64,000 bases of DNA from an uncultured delta proteobacterium (GTDB taxonomy: Bacteria > Desulfobacterota > Binatia > UBA9968). Made by a program: the position numbers and the translations under genes. Under the pieces are notes generated by a model that saw only the letters and a list, made by a program, of their open reading frames with translations, searched no databases and was not told the DNA's origin. Shown piece after piece: positions 40,649 to 50,411 of this stretch. The stretch is from NCBI GenBank assembly GCA_963760795.1, contig CAVXEP010000032.1, forward strand, positions 96,001-160,000, read 5' to 3'. The first letter of the stretch is position 1. Each line of letters opens with the position of its first letter.

Positions 40649-42340
40649 ATCATCTAAAATGTAACTTTGGGAGGGGCTGTTGACTCATAAAGAATGTAAC
40701 CCAGAGATGGTTGGAAAAAACAGCCACCAGGGAGGGTTACGCATAGATGAGTGGAAAGACCAGATGGGATTATCTCAAAGCGATTTACTTACGCTACAAG
40801 AAAGTATCCAAGCCGCTCAGAGCTCGGATTCTCGACGAGTTTTGCCAGGTCTGCGACTACAACCGCAAATACGCCATTCGCTTACTCAACGGCCCATCAC
40901 CGCAGAAACCCAAGATGATCGTACGAAAAGGGCGTCGGTCGGCCTATGGCGGCAAAGTGATCTCAGCGCTGACGGCGATCTGGGAAGTCGCCGGCTATCC
41001 GTGCTCGGTGCGGCTCAAAGCGCTGCTGCCGTTGTGGCTACCGTGGGCGATCAAGCGCATGGCGCTGACGGCACCAGTGCAAAAGCAACTGCTCACGATC
41101 AGCCCGGCAACCATCGACCGGCGGCTCAGGGGAAAAAGAGGCCAGCTCAAAAAGCGCCTCTACGGGCGCACCAAGCCGGGCACCTTGCTCAAACACCACA
41201 TCCCGATCAAGACCGACAACTGGGATGTCAAAACGCCAGGGTTTACCGAGATCGATCTGGTCTCTCACTCCGGCAACTCGGCTTCAGGGGAGTTTTTGCA
41301 CTCGCTCAACGTCACCGACATCCACACCACCTGGGTGGAAAGCCGCGCGGTGATGGGAAAGAGCCAGATCGGGGTGCTTAACGCCATGCAGGACATTGAA
41401 CGGGCTCTGCCTTTCAAACTGTTGGGCATCGATTCGGACAACGGTTCGGAATTTATCAACTACCATCTCAAGACCTTCTGCGATCAGAACCATATCCAGC
41501 TCACCCGCGGCCGGCCTTACAAGAAAGATGACAACGCCCATATCGAACAGAAGAACTATACCCACGTGCGCAAAATCTTGGGCTACCTGCGCTATGACTC
41601 ACTGGCAGCGCAAAAAGCCATCAACGAGCTTTACCAAAACGAACTGAGAATCTTTCAAAACCTGTTTCTCCCCTCCATGAAGCTGAGCAAGAAAACCCGG
41701 ATCGGCTCCAAGCTCAAGCGCTGCTACGACAAGCCCCAGACCCCGTTGGAGCGCGTGCTCCAATGTCCCCAGGCCGATCCGGTCAAAGTCCAACAGCTCA
41801 AACGACTACGCGACCAAACCGATCCCTTTGAGCTGGCCCAACGCATCGAGCAAAAGCTTGAGCGCATTTATCGGCTCGCCAACCAGCGCGTGAGCCCGCA
41901 ACCCAAACCGCCCCATAGCCCATCCCCGACTCGCCGTGAAATACAGACTCTCAGCGAGATCGCCAAGATCTTTGGACCTCAACTCCAGAAATGATCCCAA
42001 TGGATTGGACCCATCGCGACAGCGTGAAAGGAAATCCCTACAGCCATCCAAACTCTTGGGGAACTGAAGCCACTGGCCCCAAACCTGTTGACGGGGGGAT
42101 GTCTAGGTAAGGGTCGATGCCACTGCGTTGATCCTGGGGCATTTGTGGAAGAAAAATTTCAGCTTCAATTACCCGATTTTCAAAAACGACTGATGCAAAA
42201 CCAAAACAACAGCTACTCCTTGGTTCACATCAACTTACGGAGATAACCAAAATCAACAGTGAAAAACTACCAACCGCTGGGTTACATTTATTATGACGCA
42301 ACGACTTCCTCTTGGGTTACATTCTCTTATGAGTTGACGG
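40640..42340 (+). mobile_element. Insertion sequence (ISNCY-type DDE) with doubled terminal inverted repeats
   Basis: Repeats at 40642-40665 and 40679-40700, inverted at 42281-42302 and 42316-42338; terminal CCGT/ACGG; exact ends inferred. Confidence 0.8.
40747..41994 (+). CDS. DDE (integrase-core) transposase
   Basis: ILDEFC...YNRKYAIRLL HTH; catalytic EIDLVSH, DSDNGSEF and NAHIEQKN motifs. Confidence 0.9.
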   Translation: MSGKTRWDYLKAIYLRYKKVSKPLRARILDEFCQVCDYNRKYAIRLLNGPSPQKPKMIVRKGRRSAYGGKVISALTAIWEVAGYPCSVRLKALLPLWLPWAIKRMALTAPVQKQLLTISPATIDRRLRGKRGQLKKRLYGRTKPGTLLKHHIPIKTDNWDVKTPGFTEIDLVSHSGNSASGEFLHSLNVTDIHTTWVESRAVMGKSQIGVLNAMQDIERALPFKLLGIDSDNGSEFINYHLKTFCDQNHIQLTRGRPYKKDDNAHIEQKNYTHVRKILGYLRYDSLAAQKAINELYQNELRIFQNLFLPSMKLSKKTRIGSKLKRCYDKPQTPLERVLQCPQADPVKVQQLKRLRDQTDPFELAQRIEQKLERIYRLANQRVSPQPKPPHSPSPTRREIQTLSEIAKIFGPQLQK

Positions 42341-42600
42341 GTAGACAGTTACGGTTGTTTGAGTTTTTCAGGTAGTCCGTCTAATCGATCATGTGCGTGG
42401 TCGCTTTCAGATGCTTATCGATCCACTGATCGACAAACCTGTAACGCACGCCGAACTCTCCATTCGACACTTTCGCCGGGTTGGATATCGACGACCGGAC
42501 CAGGCCGCTCCCTACCAGCTTGCGACCGGAAAACTTTGCCGCGTCGAGGGATCGGAGCGGATCGATGGCTATCGCCGCGTTCAACCGATCGTCGACGAAT

Positions 42601-43695
42601 TCAGCGGTCGCGGCTTGGTGCGGGTTCGCCGTCGGTTGGCAGGCGGCTCACTAGGCGTGACACCGCAACGAAAATATGTTGCGTGCCCATGTTGACGACG
42701 ACTACGCGGAATAGGTGAAACGCCACCACCAGCGGCACGCTGATGTGCAGCGCCTGGGCGGTAATCGTCATCTCGGCCAGGCCGCCGGGTGAGGTGGCGA
42801 TGATCATGGTCGCGATCGGCAGGTCGAAGGCCCAGGCGAGGGCGACGCCGGCAATCGCCGAGGCGATCAGGATGAAGACTGAATTGAGCAGCGCGAAGGG
42901 AATGAAAAGCCTGTGACGCGCGAAAAAGGCGCGTTCGTAGCGCGCGCCGAGGACCAAGCCAAACATCAGCTGGGCGAAGTCGGTAAGCGTGTGTGGCACG
43001 GATGATAATTCAACGCCGCCCATGGTCAGTGCTGCGCCGAGAAATATCGGCACCAACAGGCAGCCATTGTGAAAATGAAATCTTTCGGAAATCTCGCCTA
43101 AGACCCCGCTGCCCAATAACCAGATCGCCAAGATCGCTGGGAGAAGCGGTAAGTCCGGCTTGTAGGCGGCGGCTTCCAAAGGAATGCCGCTGTAGGTCAG
43201 GACGAACGGAACAACGATGACGACCACCGACACGCGCAGACTGTGAGCCACCGCCACTGGCGACATCTTTGCGCCATAGCGGTCGGCGAGCACCGCCATG
43301 GCCATGGCGCCGCCTGGAATCGAGGCGAAGAAGGTCGACTTCCAGTCGACGCCGGAGGCTTTGCTCAAGGTCAGCGCGCCGAAGATGCCGACGATAAATA
43401 CCGCTAGGGTTGCGGCCAACACGGCCGGCAAATTACCCGCAAGAGCGGCCACCACCGGCGGCGTGAAGTACAACGATACCGCCGAGCCCAGAATGACCTG
43501 GCCCAACTGGCGGGCATAGGGCGGCGAATGCATGGATACGCCCATCAGGTTCAGGCTCGCCACCGCGATCATCGGTCCCAACATCCAGGGTATCGGCGTA
43601 TGCAGCCAGGCGAAGAGAAAGCCGGCCGGGACGCCGACCGCCAGGGCAGTCAGAATGCCGCGCGTCTGTTGTCGAAGGTGGGTAAACTCGTTCAT
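42601..43695 (-). CDS. AbrB family membrane protein (E. coli aidB-regulator type)
   Basis: PIPWMLGPM and duplicated PGG motifs (IPGGAMAM, SPGGLAEM); multiple TM helices. Confidence 0.88.
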   Translation of the reverse strand: MNEFTHLRQQTRGILTALAVGVPAGFLFAWLHTPIPWMLGPMIAVASLNLMGVSMHSPPYARQLGQVILGSAVSLYFTPPVVAALAGNLPAVLAATLAVFIVGIFGALTLSKASGVDWKSTFFASIPGGAMAMAVLADRYGAKMSPVAVAHSLRVSVVVIVVPFVLTYSGIPLEAAAYKPDLPLLPAILAIWLLGSGVLGEISERFHFHNGCLLVPIFLGAALTMGGVELSSVPHTLTDFAQLMFGLVLGARYERAFFARHRLFIPFALLNSVFILIASAIAGVALAWAFDLPIATMIIATSPGGLAEMTITAQALHISVPLVVAFHLFRVVVVNMGTQHIFVAVSRLVSRLPTDGEPAPSRDR

Positions 43696-43878
43696 GGTGT
43701 CGGATCGATCGGCGCTGCCGAATCTTGGGTGTGGGAGACGCGCGATGAGCTAGGAATTCTTATATCCGGTGCGCGGCGGGATTACGACCTGCTGGCCAAT
43801 TTTTGCCGTCCGGTTAGCGGTGGACAGCTTCGTCCCAGTCGGGTAATTGTTTACCAGCGGAAGGAGTGAGCGAAAGAG

Positions 43879-44961
43879 ATGAACTACAAAACCGCCGTGA
43901 TCGATGCCGATGCCCATGTGGTGGAGAGCGAACGGGTCTGGGACTACCTCGAAGGTGGCGAAAAGAAATTTCGCCCAACCTTGATGCCGTCGCCGGAAAA
44001 TCCCAAGCGGCAATTCTGGCTGCTCGACGGCGAAAATCTCGGCCACAAGTTTCCCTCGCCCGATGAGCAAGAGTCAGCAGCGCATCTGAAACGGTTTGGC
44101 CGGGAAGTCGAGACGCCGGTGGCAGCGCGCGAGCTGTCCAACGTGCAGCAGCGGCTTAAGCACATGGACGAGCTCGGCATCGACATCCAGGTGCTGTTCA
44201 ACTCGCTGTGGATCACGCCGCTCACTGCCCGCGCCGATGCCGAGATCGCGCTCAGCTGGGCGTGGAACCGTTGGTTGGCCGATGTCTGGCGGCTCGGCGA
44301 GGACCGCTTGCGCTGGACTTGTGTGGTGCCGGCCTTGTCGCCCAAGGAAGCGGTGCCGCAGATTCGCTTCGCCAAAGAACATGGCGCGGTGGGCGTGTGT
44401 ATGCGCCCCTTCGAACGGGACCGGATGATGACCGATCGGTTTTACTACCCGATATACGAAGAGGCGGAGCGCCTCGATATCCCGGTCACAGTACATCTGG
44501 GCAACGGTAGTCCGGAACTCTTCAAGCTCATGACCAACGAAGCCGGCGGCGGCTTTTCGACCTTTCGCGTGCCGACGGTGACGGCATGTTACGCGCTGAT
44601 CATGAGCGAAATCCCGCAAGTGTTTCCCAAGCTGCGCTGGGGCTTCATCGAGGTGTCGAGCCAATGGGTGCCCTGGGTGATTCACGAGGCGATGCGCCGC
44701 TCGCTTGGCAGCGCGCGGCCGATCTCGCGCGATTGTTTGCGCCAATACAATATCTATGTTTCGACCCAAAGCGATGACGATTTTCCATACGTACTGTCCT
44801 ATGCCGGCGAGGGGAATCTGGTCATCGGCACCGATTATGGCCACGGTGACACCTCCAGCGAACTCAACGCCATCGCGAGATTCAAGGCGATGGCGGAGCT
44901 GAGCCCGGAGGTAAAGAGAAAGATTCTGTTCGACAATCCCAAAGCGCTTTACGGGCTCTAG
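43879..44961 (+). CDS. Amidohydrolase_2 family protein
   Basis: [37 protein letters not shown] and DNPKALY motifs. Confidence 0.88.
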   Translation: MNYKTAVIDADAHVVESERVWDYLEGGEKKFRPTLMPSPENPKRQFWLLDGENLGHKFPSPDEQESAAHLKRFGREVETPVAARELSNVQQRLKHMDELGIDIQVLFNSLWITPLTARADAEIALSWAWNRWLADVWRLGEDRLRWTCVVPALSPKEAVPQIRFAKEHGAVGVCMRPFERDRMMTDRFYYPIYEEAERLDIPVTVHLGNGSPELFKLMTNEAGGGFSTFRVPTVTACYALIMSEIPQVFPKLRWGFIEVSSQWVPWVIHEAMRRSLGSARPISRDCLRQYNIYVSTQSDDDFPYVLSYAGEGNLVIGTDYGHGDTSSELNAIARFKAMAELSPEVKRKILFDNPKALYGL

Positions 44962-44987
44962 AATTTTCTACTCAGGATTGTGCCGCT

Positions 44988-45407
44988 ATGGCGACGTTAA
45001 TTTCAGCCGAAAAGGAAAAACAGCTCAACGAACGCATGCTCGCGCTCGGCGTGCGCGAGTCCGATATCGACGAGCAGTTCGTGCGTTCTTCCGGCGCCGG
45101 CGGCCAGAACGTCAATAAGGTTTCTTCCTGTGTCGTGCTCCATCACCGCCCCACCGGTATTCGGGTCAAATGCCAGCAGGAACGCTCCCAGGCGCTCAAT
45201 CGCTTTTTAGCGCGCCGCCTCTTGCTCGATAAGATAGACACCCAGCAGCGCGGCGCGGCGAGCGCGGAGATGCAGCGCATCGAGAAGATCCGCCGGCAGA
45301 AGCGCAAGCGCTCGCGGCGCGCCAAAATGCGCATGCTCGACGACAAACACCATCAGTCGGTGAAAAAAGGGCGGCGGTCGACGGTGCGGCCGGGGCGAGA
45401 TGAGTAA
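44988..45407 (+). CDS. Peptidyl-tRNA hydrolase / ribosome rescue factor, ArfB-like
   Basis: [20 protein letters not shown] and a highly basic C-terminal tail. Confidence 0.88.
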   Translation: MATLISAEKEKQLNERMLALGVRESDIDEQFVRSSGAGGQNVNKVSSCVVLHHRPTGIRVKCQQERSQALNRFLARRLLLDKIDTQQRGAASAEMQRIEKIRRQKRKRSRRAKMRMLDDKHHQSVKKGRRSTVRPGRDE

Positions 45408-45610
45408 TTGCCTCCCGATGAGGCGTTCCCATCGCCATAAAGATTCCTTCCGGCATTTCACGCTGCGGCGAGAGTCATTAGCCGTCGCCAGAGCTTACTG
45501 CAACTGAACGATCGTTGTTCGATTGTCATTCTTGTCACTTTTGCCCACCGTTGACAGTGTCAGTGTTACTGTCCCTTAAGCTAACTATTTGAAAAATAAA
45601 CGCTGCGGAA

Positions 45611-45626
45611 TGGCCTGTAGGTTGCT
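45611..45626 (+). promoter_or_regulatory. Sigma-54 promoter
   Basis: TGGCCT-N5-TTGCT (GG-N10-GC) with an upstream AT-rich IHF-like site and TGTCA/TGACA half-sites. Confidence 0.7.
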
Positions 45627-45662
45627 CAGTGCTGCTAGGAAGACGCTCAGGAGTAGCACGAC

Positions 45663-45791
45663 ATGTTGAACGACCTGATCTTATTAACCTTGGTGGTGGT
45701 GCTGGTGCCGCTGGCAGCGGTCATGATTTTACGCATGCTCGGTAAAACCAAAAGAACCAAGCGACCGATTCGTGACTTTCGCGTCCGCTAA
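45663..45791 (+). CDS. 42-aa single-TM micro-protein
   Basis: MLNDLILLTLVVVLVPLAAVMILRMLGKTKRTKRPIRDFRVR; AGGAG RBS; directly downstream of the sigma-54 site. Confidence 0.7.
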   Translation: MLNDLILLTLVVVLVPLAAVMILRMLGKTKRTKRPIRDFRVR

Positions 45792-45870
45792 AGTAACCGC
45801 TATATTTTTCCAACCTATCCGCTTAATCCCGTGACCGGCGATCCGAGCGAGACCGCTCATTAGCCTTTGG

Positions 45871-46998
45871 CTATTTGCTCTTCTTCAGCTGATCGAGCAG
45901 CGCTTGGATCGGTTTGAAATCCATCCATTCAGGCCGGTTGATAAATAGGTATTCCCTATCCTTGCGCCGGCGCGCTAGCGGCGGCAGAATTTCCTGCGGT
46001 AGATCCTCGCGCATGGAGCCAACCCGCAATTCGTCGGTGTTGGCTTGGCGAAAGGCGATCTGGCCTTCCAGCGACAAAAACCAATTGAGAAAAACTTTTG
46101 CGGCGTTGGCATGGGGGTGGCGATTCATCAAGACGATGGCCCCCGACCCGGAGCCGATGCCGGGCCGCTCGGTGATGGCGTAGGGATCGAGTTCGGCGAC
46201 CGGCAGTCCCTGCATCTGCGCACGGTCGATGCGCCGGCAGAGAAAACAGATGGGGAACTTTCCTTGGGACAGCCAGTCAGTGCCCTGGCGCAAATCGCGA
46301 AAGTAGGTCGGCTCCATGTCGCGGTAGACGCGCTCGATGAACTTGGGCCCCAATTGGGGATGATGATAGACGAAGGCCAACGCGGTGGAACCCTGAGTCG
46401 CGTTTAATTGCAAGACGGCCAATTTACCCTTCCATTGCGGCTGGACGAGATCCCAAGCTGACTTTATTTCTTTTTCATTGACGATACTGGTGTTGAACGA
46501 CAGTGGTGGACCGTAGAGAGCGCTTTCGTACATGAAGTTGTACTGCCCTTCCGGGTCGACGTAGTGATGTTTGCCTTGCCACCATTTAGACAGATCGGTG
46601 ACATTGGCATGGACCAACGCCGGTGGCATCGGGTCGAGGACTTTAGCCGGGTAGAGGTTGAGATGGACCGCGGTGGGTCCGGCGAGAAAGACGTCGGCGA
46701 GATATTTACCGGCGCGCCGTTCGCTGAAGAGCTTGGGAAACAGATCGCTGCCCCGGCCCACCGATGTACCGATCAGCTTGATCTTGGGATAGCGCTTTTG
46801 AAATGCCGCCCAGATCGACTGGGCGTTGCCGATGGAGTCAGTGGCATAGATGGCGACTTCGCCTTCTTCCTCGGCTTTCTTCACGATGGAATCCCATTCC
46901 TGAGGGGTAGCTGGCTTGGGTTCGGCGGCTGCACCGGTATCCACTAGCATCAGTTTCAGTATCAGGACGGCGATTAGGTTCGGCCACTTGCGGGTCAT
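45871..46998 (-). CDS. ABC transporter solute-binding protein (Fe/thiamine/polyamine-like cluster), orphan
   Basis: Signal peptide; AEEEGEVAIY, ERRAGKY.ADV, WDLV.P.WKGK and PHANAAKVFLNWFLS.EGQ motifs. Confidence 0.88.
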   Translation of the reverse strand: MTRKWPNLIAVLILKLMLVDTGAAAEPKPATPQEWDSIVKKAEEEGEVAIYATDSIGNAQSIWAAFQKRYPKIKLIGTSVGRGSDLFPKLFSERRAGKYLADVFLAGPTAVHLNLYPAKVLDPMPPALVHANVTDLSKWWQGKHHYVDPEGQYNFMYESALYGPPLSFNTSIVNEKEIKSAWDLVQPQWKGKLAVLQLNATQGSTALAFVYHHPQLGPKFIERVYRDMEPTYFRDLRQGTDWLSQGKFPICFLCRRIDRAQMQGLPVAELDPYAITERPGIGSGSGAIVLMNRHPHANAAKVFLNWFLSLEGQIAFRQANTDELRVGSMREDLPQEILPPLARRRKDREYLFINRPEWMDFKPIQALLDQLKKSK

Positions 46999-47157
46999 GC
47001 AAAAATCTCCCGGGTTTTTTTCCTCCGGTGTTGGCGTTTATTGCAATCATTCGCAGGTCGGCAGGGCGCGGTCAATCCTGACAAGCGCGCCGCCCCTGTC
47101 ACGGTTTCGCCTGGCACTGCAATCAATTAAGCCGCGATTATTTCAAGCAGTAACTTC

Positions 47158-47173
47158 TGGCATTACTGTTGCT
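47158..47173 (+). promoter_or_regulatory. Sigma-54 promoter
   Basis: TGGCAT-N5-TTGCT, near consensus; TGACA (47079) and TGTCA (47097) upstream. Confidence 0.75.
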
Positions 47174-47200
47174 CAAGACCTTGCCAGGAGAAACACTGCC

Positions 47201-47332
47201 ATGATGTATGACATGTTCAGAAGCTCGTTGCTTGCCGCTGCCATGTCGCTCGGTTCGTTCTTCGCAGTGCTGGCGCTAGGGAAGAAAAGAAAAAACCTGT
47301 TGGCAGTTAGTAGGCACCGACCGGAGCCATGA
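47201..47332 (+). CDS. 43-aa single-TM micro-protein
   Basis: MMYDMFRSSLLAAAMSLGSFFAVLALGKKRKNLLAVSRHRPEP; AGGAG RBS; directly downstream of the sigma-54 site. Confidence 0.62.
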   Translation: MMYDMFRSSLLAAAMSLGSFFAVLALGKKRKNLLAVSRHRPEP

Positions 47333-47487
47333 GGGGAGGGGTCTGGGGAAATTTTGCCAGTCAAATAATATCCCCTGGGTCTCACGTCCGGTCAATTCGT
47401 TACTCTGCCAAGTGTCCAATCCTGTCGTCTCTTCACTCACGTCGTTCAGTTAAGTTACCCCGTTGCTGTGCTGCCGCGCAGCGGCGG

Positions 47488-48234
47488 CTATCTTGAGAGC
47501 AGCCGGCGGCGGCTCTTGTCGAGACCGAAGATCTCGATGAACTCGCCGAACACCCGATCGCTCAGCTCATGGAGCCGGGCGATATGGCTGGCGGTCTCGG
47601 TGTGGATTCGATCCGGGTCGATGTCGCCATGCAGGCGGGAGATCTCGTGACGGTTCTCTGGTACCTTTAGCCAACGCAGGATCATCGGTTCATCGACTTC
47701 GAGGTGGAATTGGAACGCGTACACGTTGTCGCCATAACGAAACGCTTGATTCAGGCAGTGGCGTGACGAAGCCAGATGGATCGCTCCGTTGGGGATGTCG
47801 AAGGTGTCGCCGTGCCATTGAAAGAGCGTTTCCCGTTCTTCGAACTCGTCGAACAGCGGGTCGTCATCGGCATACGGCGACGGCTCGACATCGTACCAGC
47901 CAATTTCCTTGACATGGTTGGCGTAGACGCGCGCCCCCAGGGTGCGGGCGACCAGCTGGCCACCCAAGCATATGCCCAACACCGGTAGGTTGCGCTGCAT
48001 GGCGCTCTCGATCAGCTTCATTTCAACCGCCAGGTGGGGTAGCCGCTGGTCGTCATAGGCGGACATGGGGCCTCCCAGTACAATCAGGCCGTCATATCCG
48101 TCTAAAGTCGGTTGGGCATCGGGATGGCGGCCAAAATTGACATAGCGGATGCGAAAGCCGGCGCGCTTGAGCATGGGATTGAGGGTGCCCAAAATTTCGT
48201 GGGGCACATGTTGGCAGACTAAGAGTTTTCTCAT
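47488..48234 (-). CDS. Class I glutamine amidotransferase
   Basis: LGGPMS, GICLGGQL, QWHGDTF and FQFHLE (Cys-His-Glu triad). Confidence 0.9.
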   Translation of the reverse strand: MRKLLVCQHVPHEILGTLNPMLKRAGFRIRYVNFGRHPDAQPTLDGYDGLIVLGGPMSAYDDQRLPHLAVEMKLIESAMQRNLPVLGICLGGQLVARTLGARVYANHVKEIGWYDVEPSPYADDDPLFDEFEERETLFQWHGDTFDIPNGAIHLASSRHCLNQAFRYGDNVYAFQFHLEVDEPMILRWLKVPENRHEISRLHGDIDPDRIHTETASHIARLHELSDRVFGEFIEIFGLDKSRRRLLSR

Positions 48235-48299
48235 CTTCGCTGACTTCCAGACGAAAATGATTTTAGCATGACGGTTTCGCTTGGCTCAAACTGGCGCGG

Positions 48300-49394
48300 T
48301 TAATTTTCCCGCAGCGTGCGCAGGCCGGTGCCATGGGCGGTTTGGCGCTCCAGCGCTTGACTATAGCGGGACATGGGATAACAGAAAGCGAAATATCCCA
48401 CGGCGGCGAACAAGTATGCCTCGATGCCGAAGCCGCTCCAGGCCGGTTCGCTGAGCGAGACTTTAATGGTGGTGAGAAAGTCGAACAGGCCGATGATGAC
48501 GACCAGCGATGTGTCTTTGAAAAAACCGATGAAGGTATTGACCAAGGGTGGTATGGCGACGCGCAAGGCTTGCGGCAGAGTGACGTAACGGACGCGCTGC
48601 CAGTAGCCAAGGCCGAGCGCGAGGGCGGCTTCCTCCTGCTGCGATGGGATCGCCTGTAAACCGCCGCGGATCACTTCCGCCAAATAGGCCGCGGCGAACA
48701 GAATCATCGCCAACTGAGCGCGCAGGAGCTTGTCGATGGATACTCCCTGCGGCAAGAATAGCGGCAGCATGACCGAGGCCATGAACAGCACCGAGATCAG
48801 CGGCACGCCGCGAATCAATTCGATATAGCCAATGGAAAACCACCGCACCAGCGGCAGATCCGAACGCCGGCCGAGGGCCAAGAGAATCGACAGGGGAAAC
48901 GCCAGGGCGATGCCGAAGGTGCTGAGCAGGAGAGTCAGCGTGAGTCCGCCCCAGCGCTCGTTTTCGACGTAGGTGAGGCCGAAAACACCGCCCCACATGA
49001 GTAGGCCGATGCACACTAGCCCAGCCAGCCAAAGCCAAAAAAGATTGAGCCGGCGCACCAGCGGAAACGCGCTCACGCCGTAGAGCGCGAGCAAGATTGC
49101 GATCACTAGTGCCGGGCGCCAGTGTTCGTCTGCGGGAAAAGTGCCAAATAAAATAAATCGGTACTTTTCGGCGACGAAGGCCCAGCAGGCACCGCCGGTG
49201 GCGGCATCGCGGCAGGCGGCGGCGTTATGCGGCGACCACAGGGCGCGGAGCAAAGCCCAATCGATCAGCGCTGGCAGTAACTTTACGGCTAAATAAATAA
49301 TCACCAGGGAAGCGATCGAAGACGGCCAACTGCCAAACAATCGCGTCCGTGTCCAGTGCCACATCGTGGTGCTCCGATCAATGCCGCGGTTCAT
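48300..49394 (-). CDS. Amino acid ABC permease (AapM/BztC-like)
   Basis: GACW, WGGLTLT, RGVPLI, AYLAEVIRGGLQ and KDTSLV motifs. Confidence 0.92.
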   Translation of the reverse strand: MNRGIDRSTTMWHWTRTRLFGSWPSSIASLVIIYLAVKLLPALIDWALLRALWSPHNAAACRDAATGGACWAFVAEKYRFILFGTFPADEHWRPALVIAILLALYGVSAFPLVRRLNLFWLWLAGLVCIGLLMWGGVFGLTYVENERWGGLTLTLLLSTFGIALAFPLSILLALGRRSDLPLVRWFSIGYIELIRGVPLISVLFMASVMLPLFLPQGVSIDKLLRAQLAMILFAAAYLAEVIRGGLQAIPSQQEEAALALGLGYWQRVRYVTLPQALRVAIPPLVNTFIGFFKDTSLVVIIGLFDFLTTIKVSLSEPAWSGFGIEAYLFAAVGYFAFCYPMSRYSQALERQTAHGTGLRTLREN

Positions 49395-50377
49395 GTTCGG
49401 GCTCCGCGCAGGGCGATGCGTTGGTTGTAAACATTCATGGCCGCGGATATCGCCAGGCTGATGGTTAGATAGACGAGCATGATCACGGCGATGCCCTCGA
49501 TGGCCTGGCCGGTCTGATTGATGGTCGTGTTGGCGATGGACACCAGGTCGGGGTAGCCGATGGCGACGGCCAGGGAGCTATTCTTGGTGCAGTTCAAGTA
49601 CTGGCTGGTGACCGGCGGCACGACCACGCGCAGGGCCTGGGGCAGAATAATCAGACGCATGAGCTGGGCTTGGCTCAATCCCTGCGACTGCGCGGCTTCG
49701 TACTGGCCGCGGTCGACGGCGAGGATGCCGGCGCGGACGATCTCGCCGATAAACGCCGCGGTGTAAAGCGTCAGGCCGAGCAGCAGCGCGGCGAATTCCG
49801 GCGACAGCACGACGCCGCCGGAAAAATTGAATCCCGAGAGGCTAGGATACTCCACTTCGAATGGGAGCAGGCTGGCGATCGATGGCACCGCCAGGCCGCG
49901 GTTGCTGAGAAAGAGGCCCGGCAACGGATGCAGTGCCTGGGCCGGCGCCGGCAGGCTTTCGGTGATCACGGCGTACCAAAAAAATAGCTGAACGACCAGA
50001 GGAATATTGCGCAGCAGCTCGACATATCCAGACGCGAGCTTGGCCAACAGCCAGTTGGGCGACAGCCGCGCTAAACCGACGGCGACGCCGATGAAAGTCG
50101 AAAAAACCACGGCGAGAAGCGCTACCCGGAAAGTGTTGAGCAGGCCGACGGTGAGCGCTTTCAGGTAACTATCGGCAGCGCTGAAGGAAATAACAGTGCT
50201 CTCGCCGATCTCGAACCCGGCCTCGCGCAACAGAAAGCCAAAGCCACTGGCGATACGGCGCGCCAGCAGGTTGTCCACCGCATTACGAATGAAATACCAG
50301 CCGACAAGGCAGCCGGCCGCCACCAAGAGGATTTGATAGAGCGCCGCGCGCTGGCGGCTGTCGAGTCGCCGGGCCAT
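49391..50377 (-). CDS. Amino acid ABC permease (AapQ/BztB-like)
   Basis: SGFGFL..EAGF, RNIPL, PEFAAL and KNSSLAVAIGYPDL motifs. Confidence 0.92.
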   Translation of the reverse strand: MARRLDSRQRAALYQILLVAAGCLVGWYFIRNAVDNLLARRIASGFGFLLREAGFEIGESTVISFSAADSYLKALTVGLLNTFRVALLAVVFSTFIGVAVGLARLSPNWLLAKLASGYVELLRNIPLVVQLFFWYAVITESLPAPAQALHPLPGLFLSNRGLAVPSIASLLPFEVEYPSLSGFNFSGGVVLSPEFAALLLGLTLYTAAFIGEIVRAGILAVDRGQYEAAQSQGLSQAQLMRLIILPQALRVVVPPVTSQYLNCTKNSSLAVAIGYPDLVSIANTTINQTGQAIEGIAVIMLVYLTISLAISAAMNVYNQRIALRGART

Positions 50378-50411
50378 TGGCAATTGCCGCTTTCGCAGTC
50401 GATCGCAGCGC

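Noticed and set aside
40680-41381. 233-aa ORF overlapping the transposase as a second IS gene
   Set aside because: It is an alternate frame of the transposase with no recognisable motif
42381-42584. 67-aa minus-strand ORF next to the IS right end
   Set aside because: No RBS or recognisable family; it may be a gene remnant but I cannot support that
42601-43695. AbrB as an antitoxin or transition-state regulator
   Set aside because: It is the multi-TM membrane AbrB family, unrelated to the DNA-binding AbrB/MazE fold
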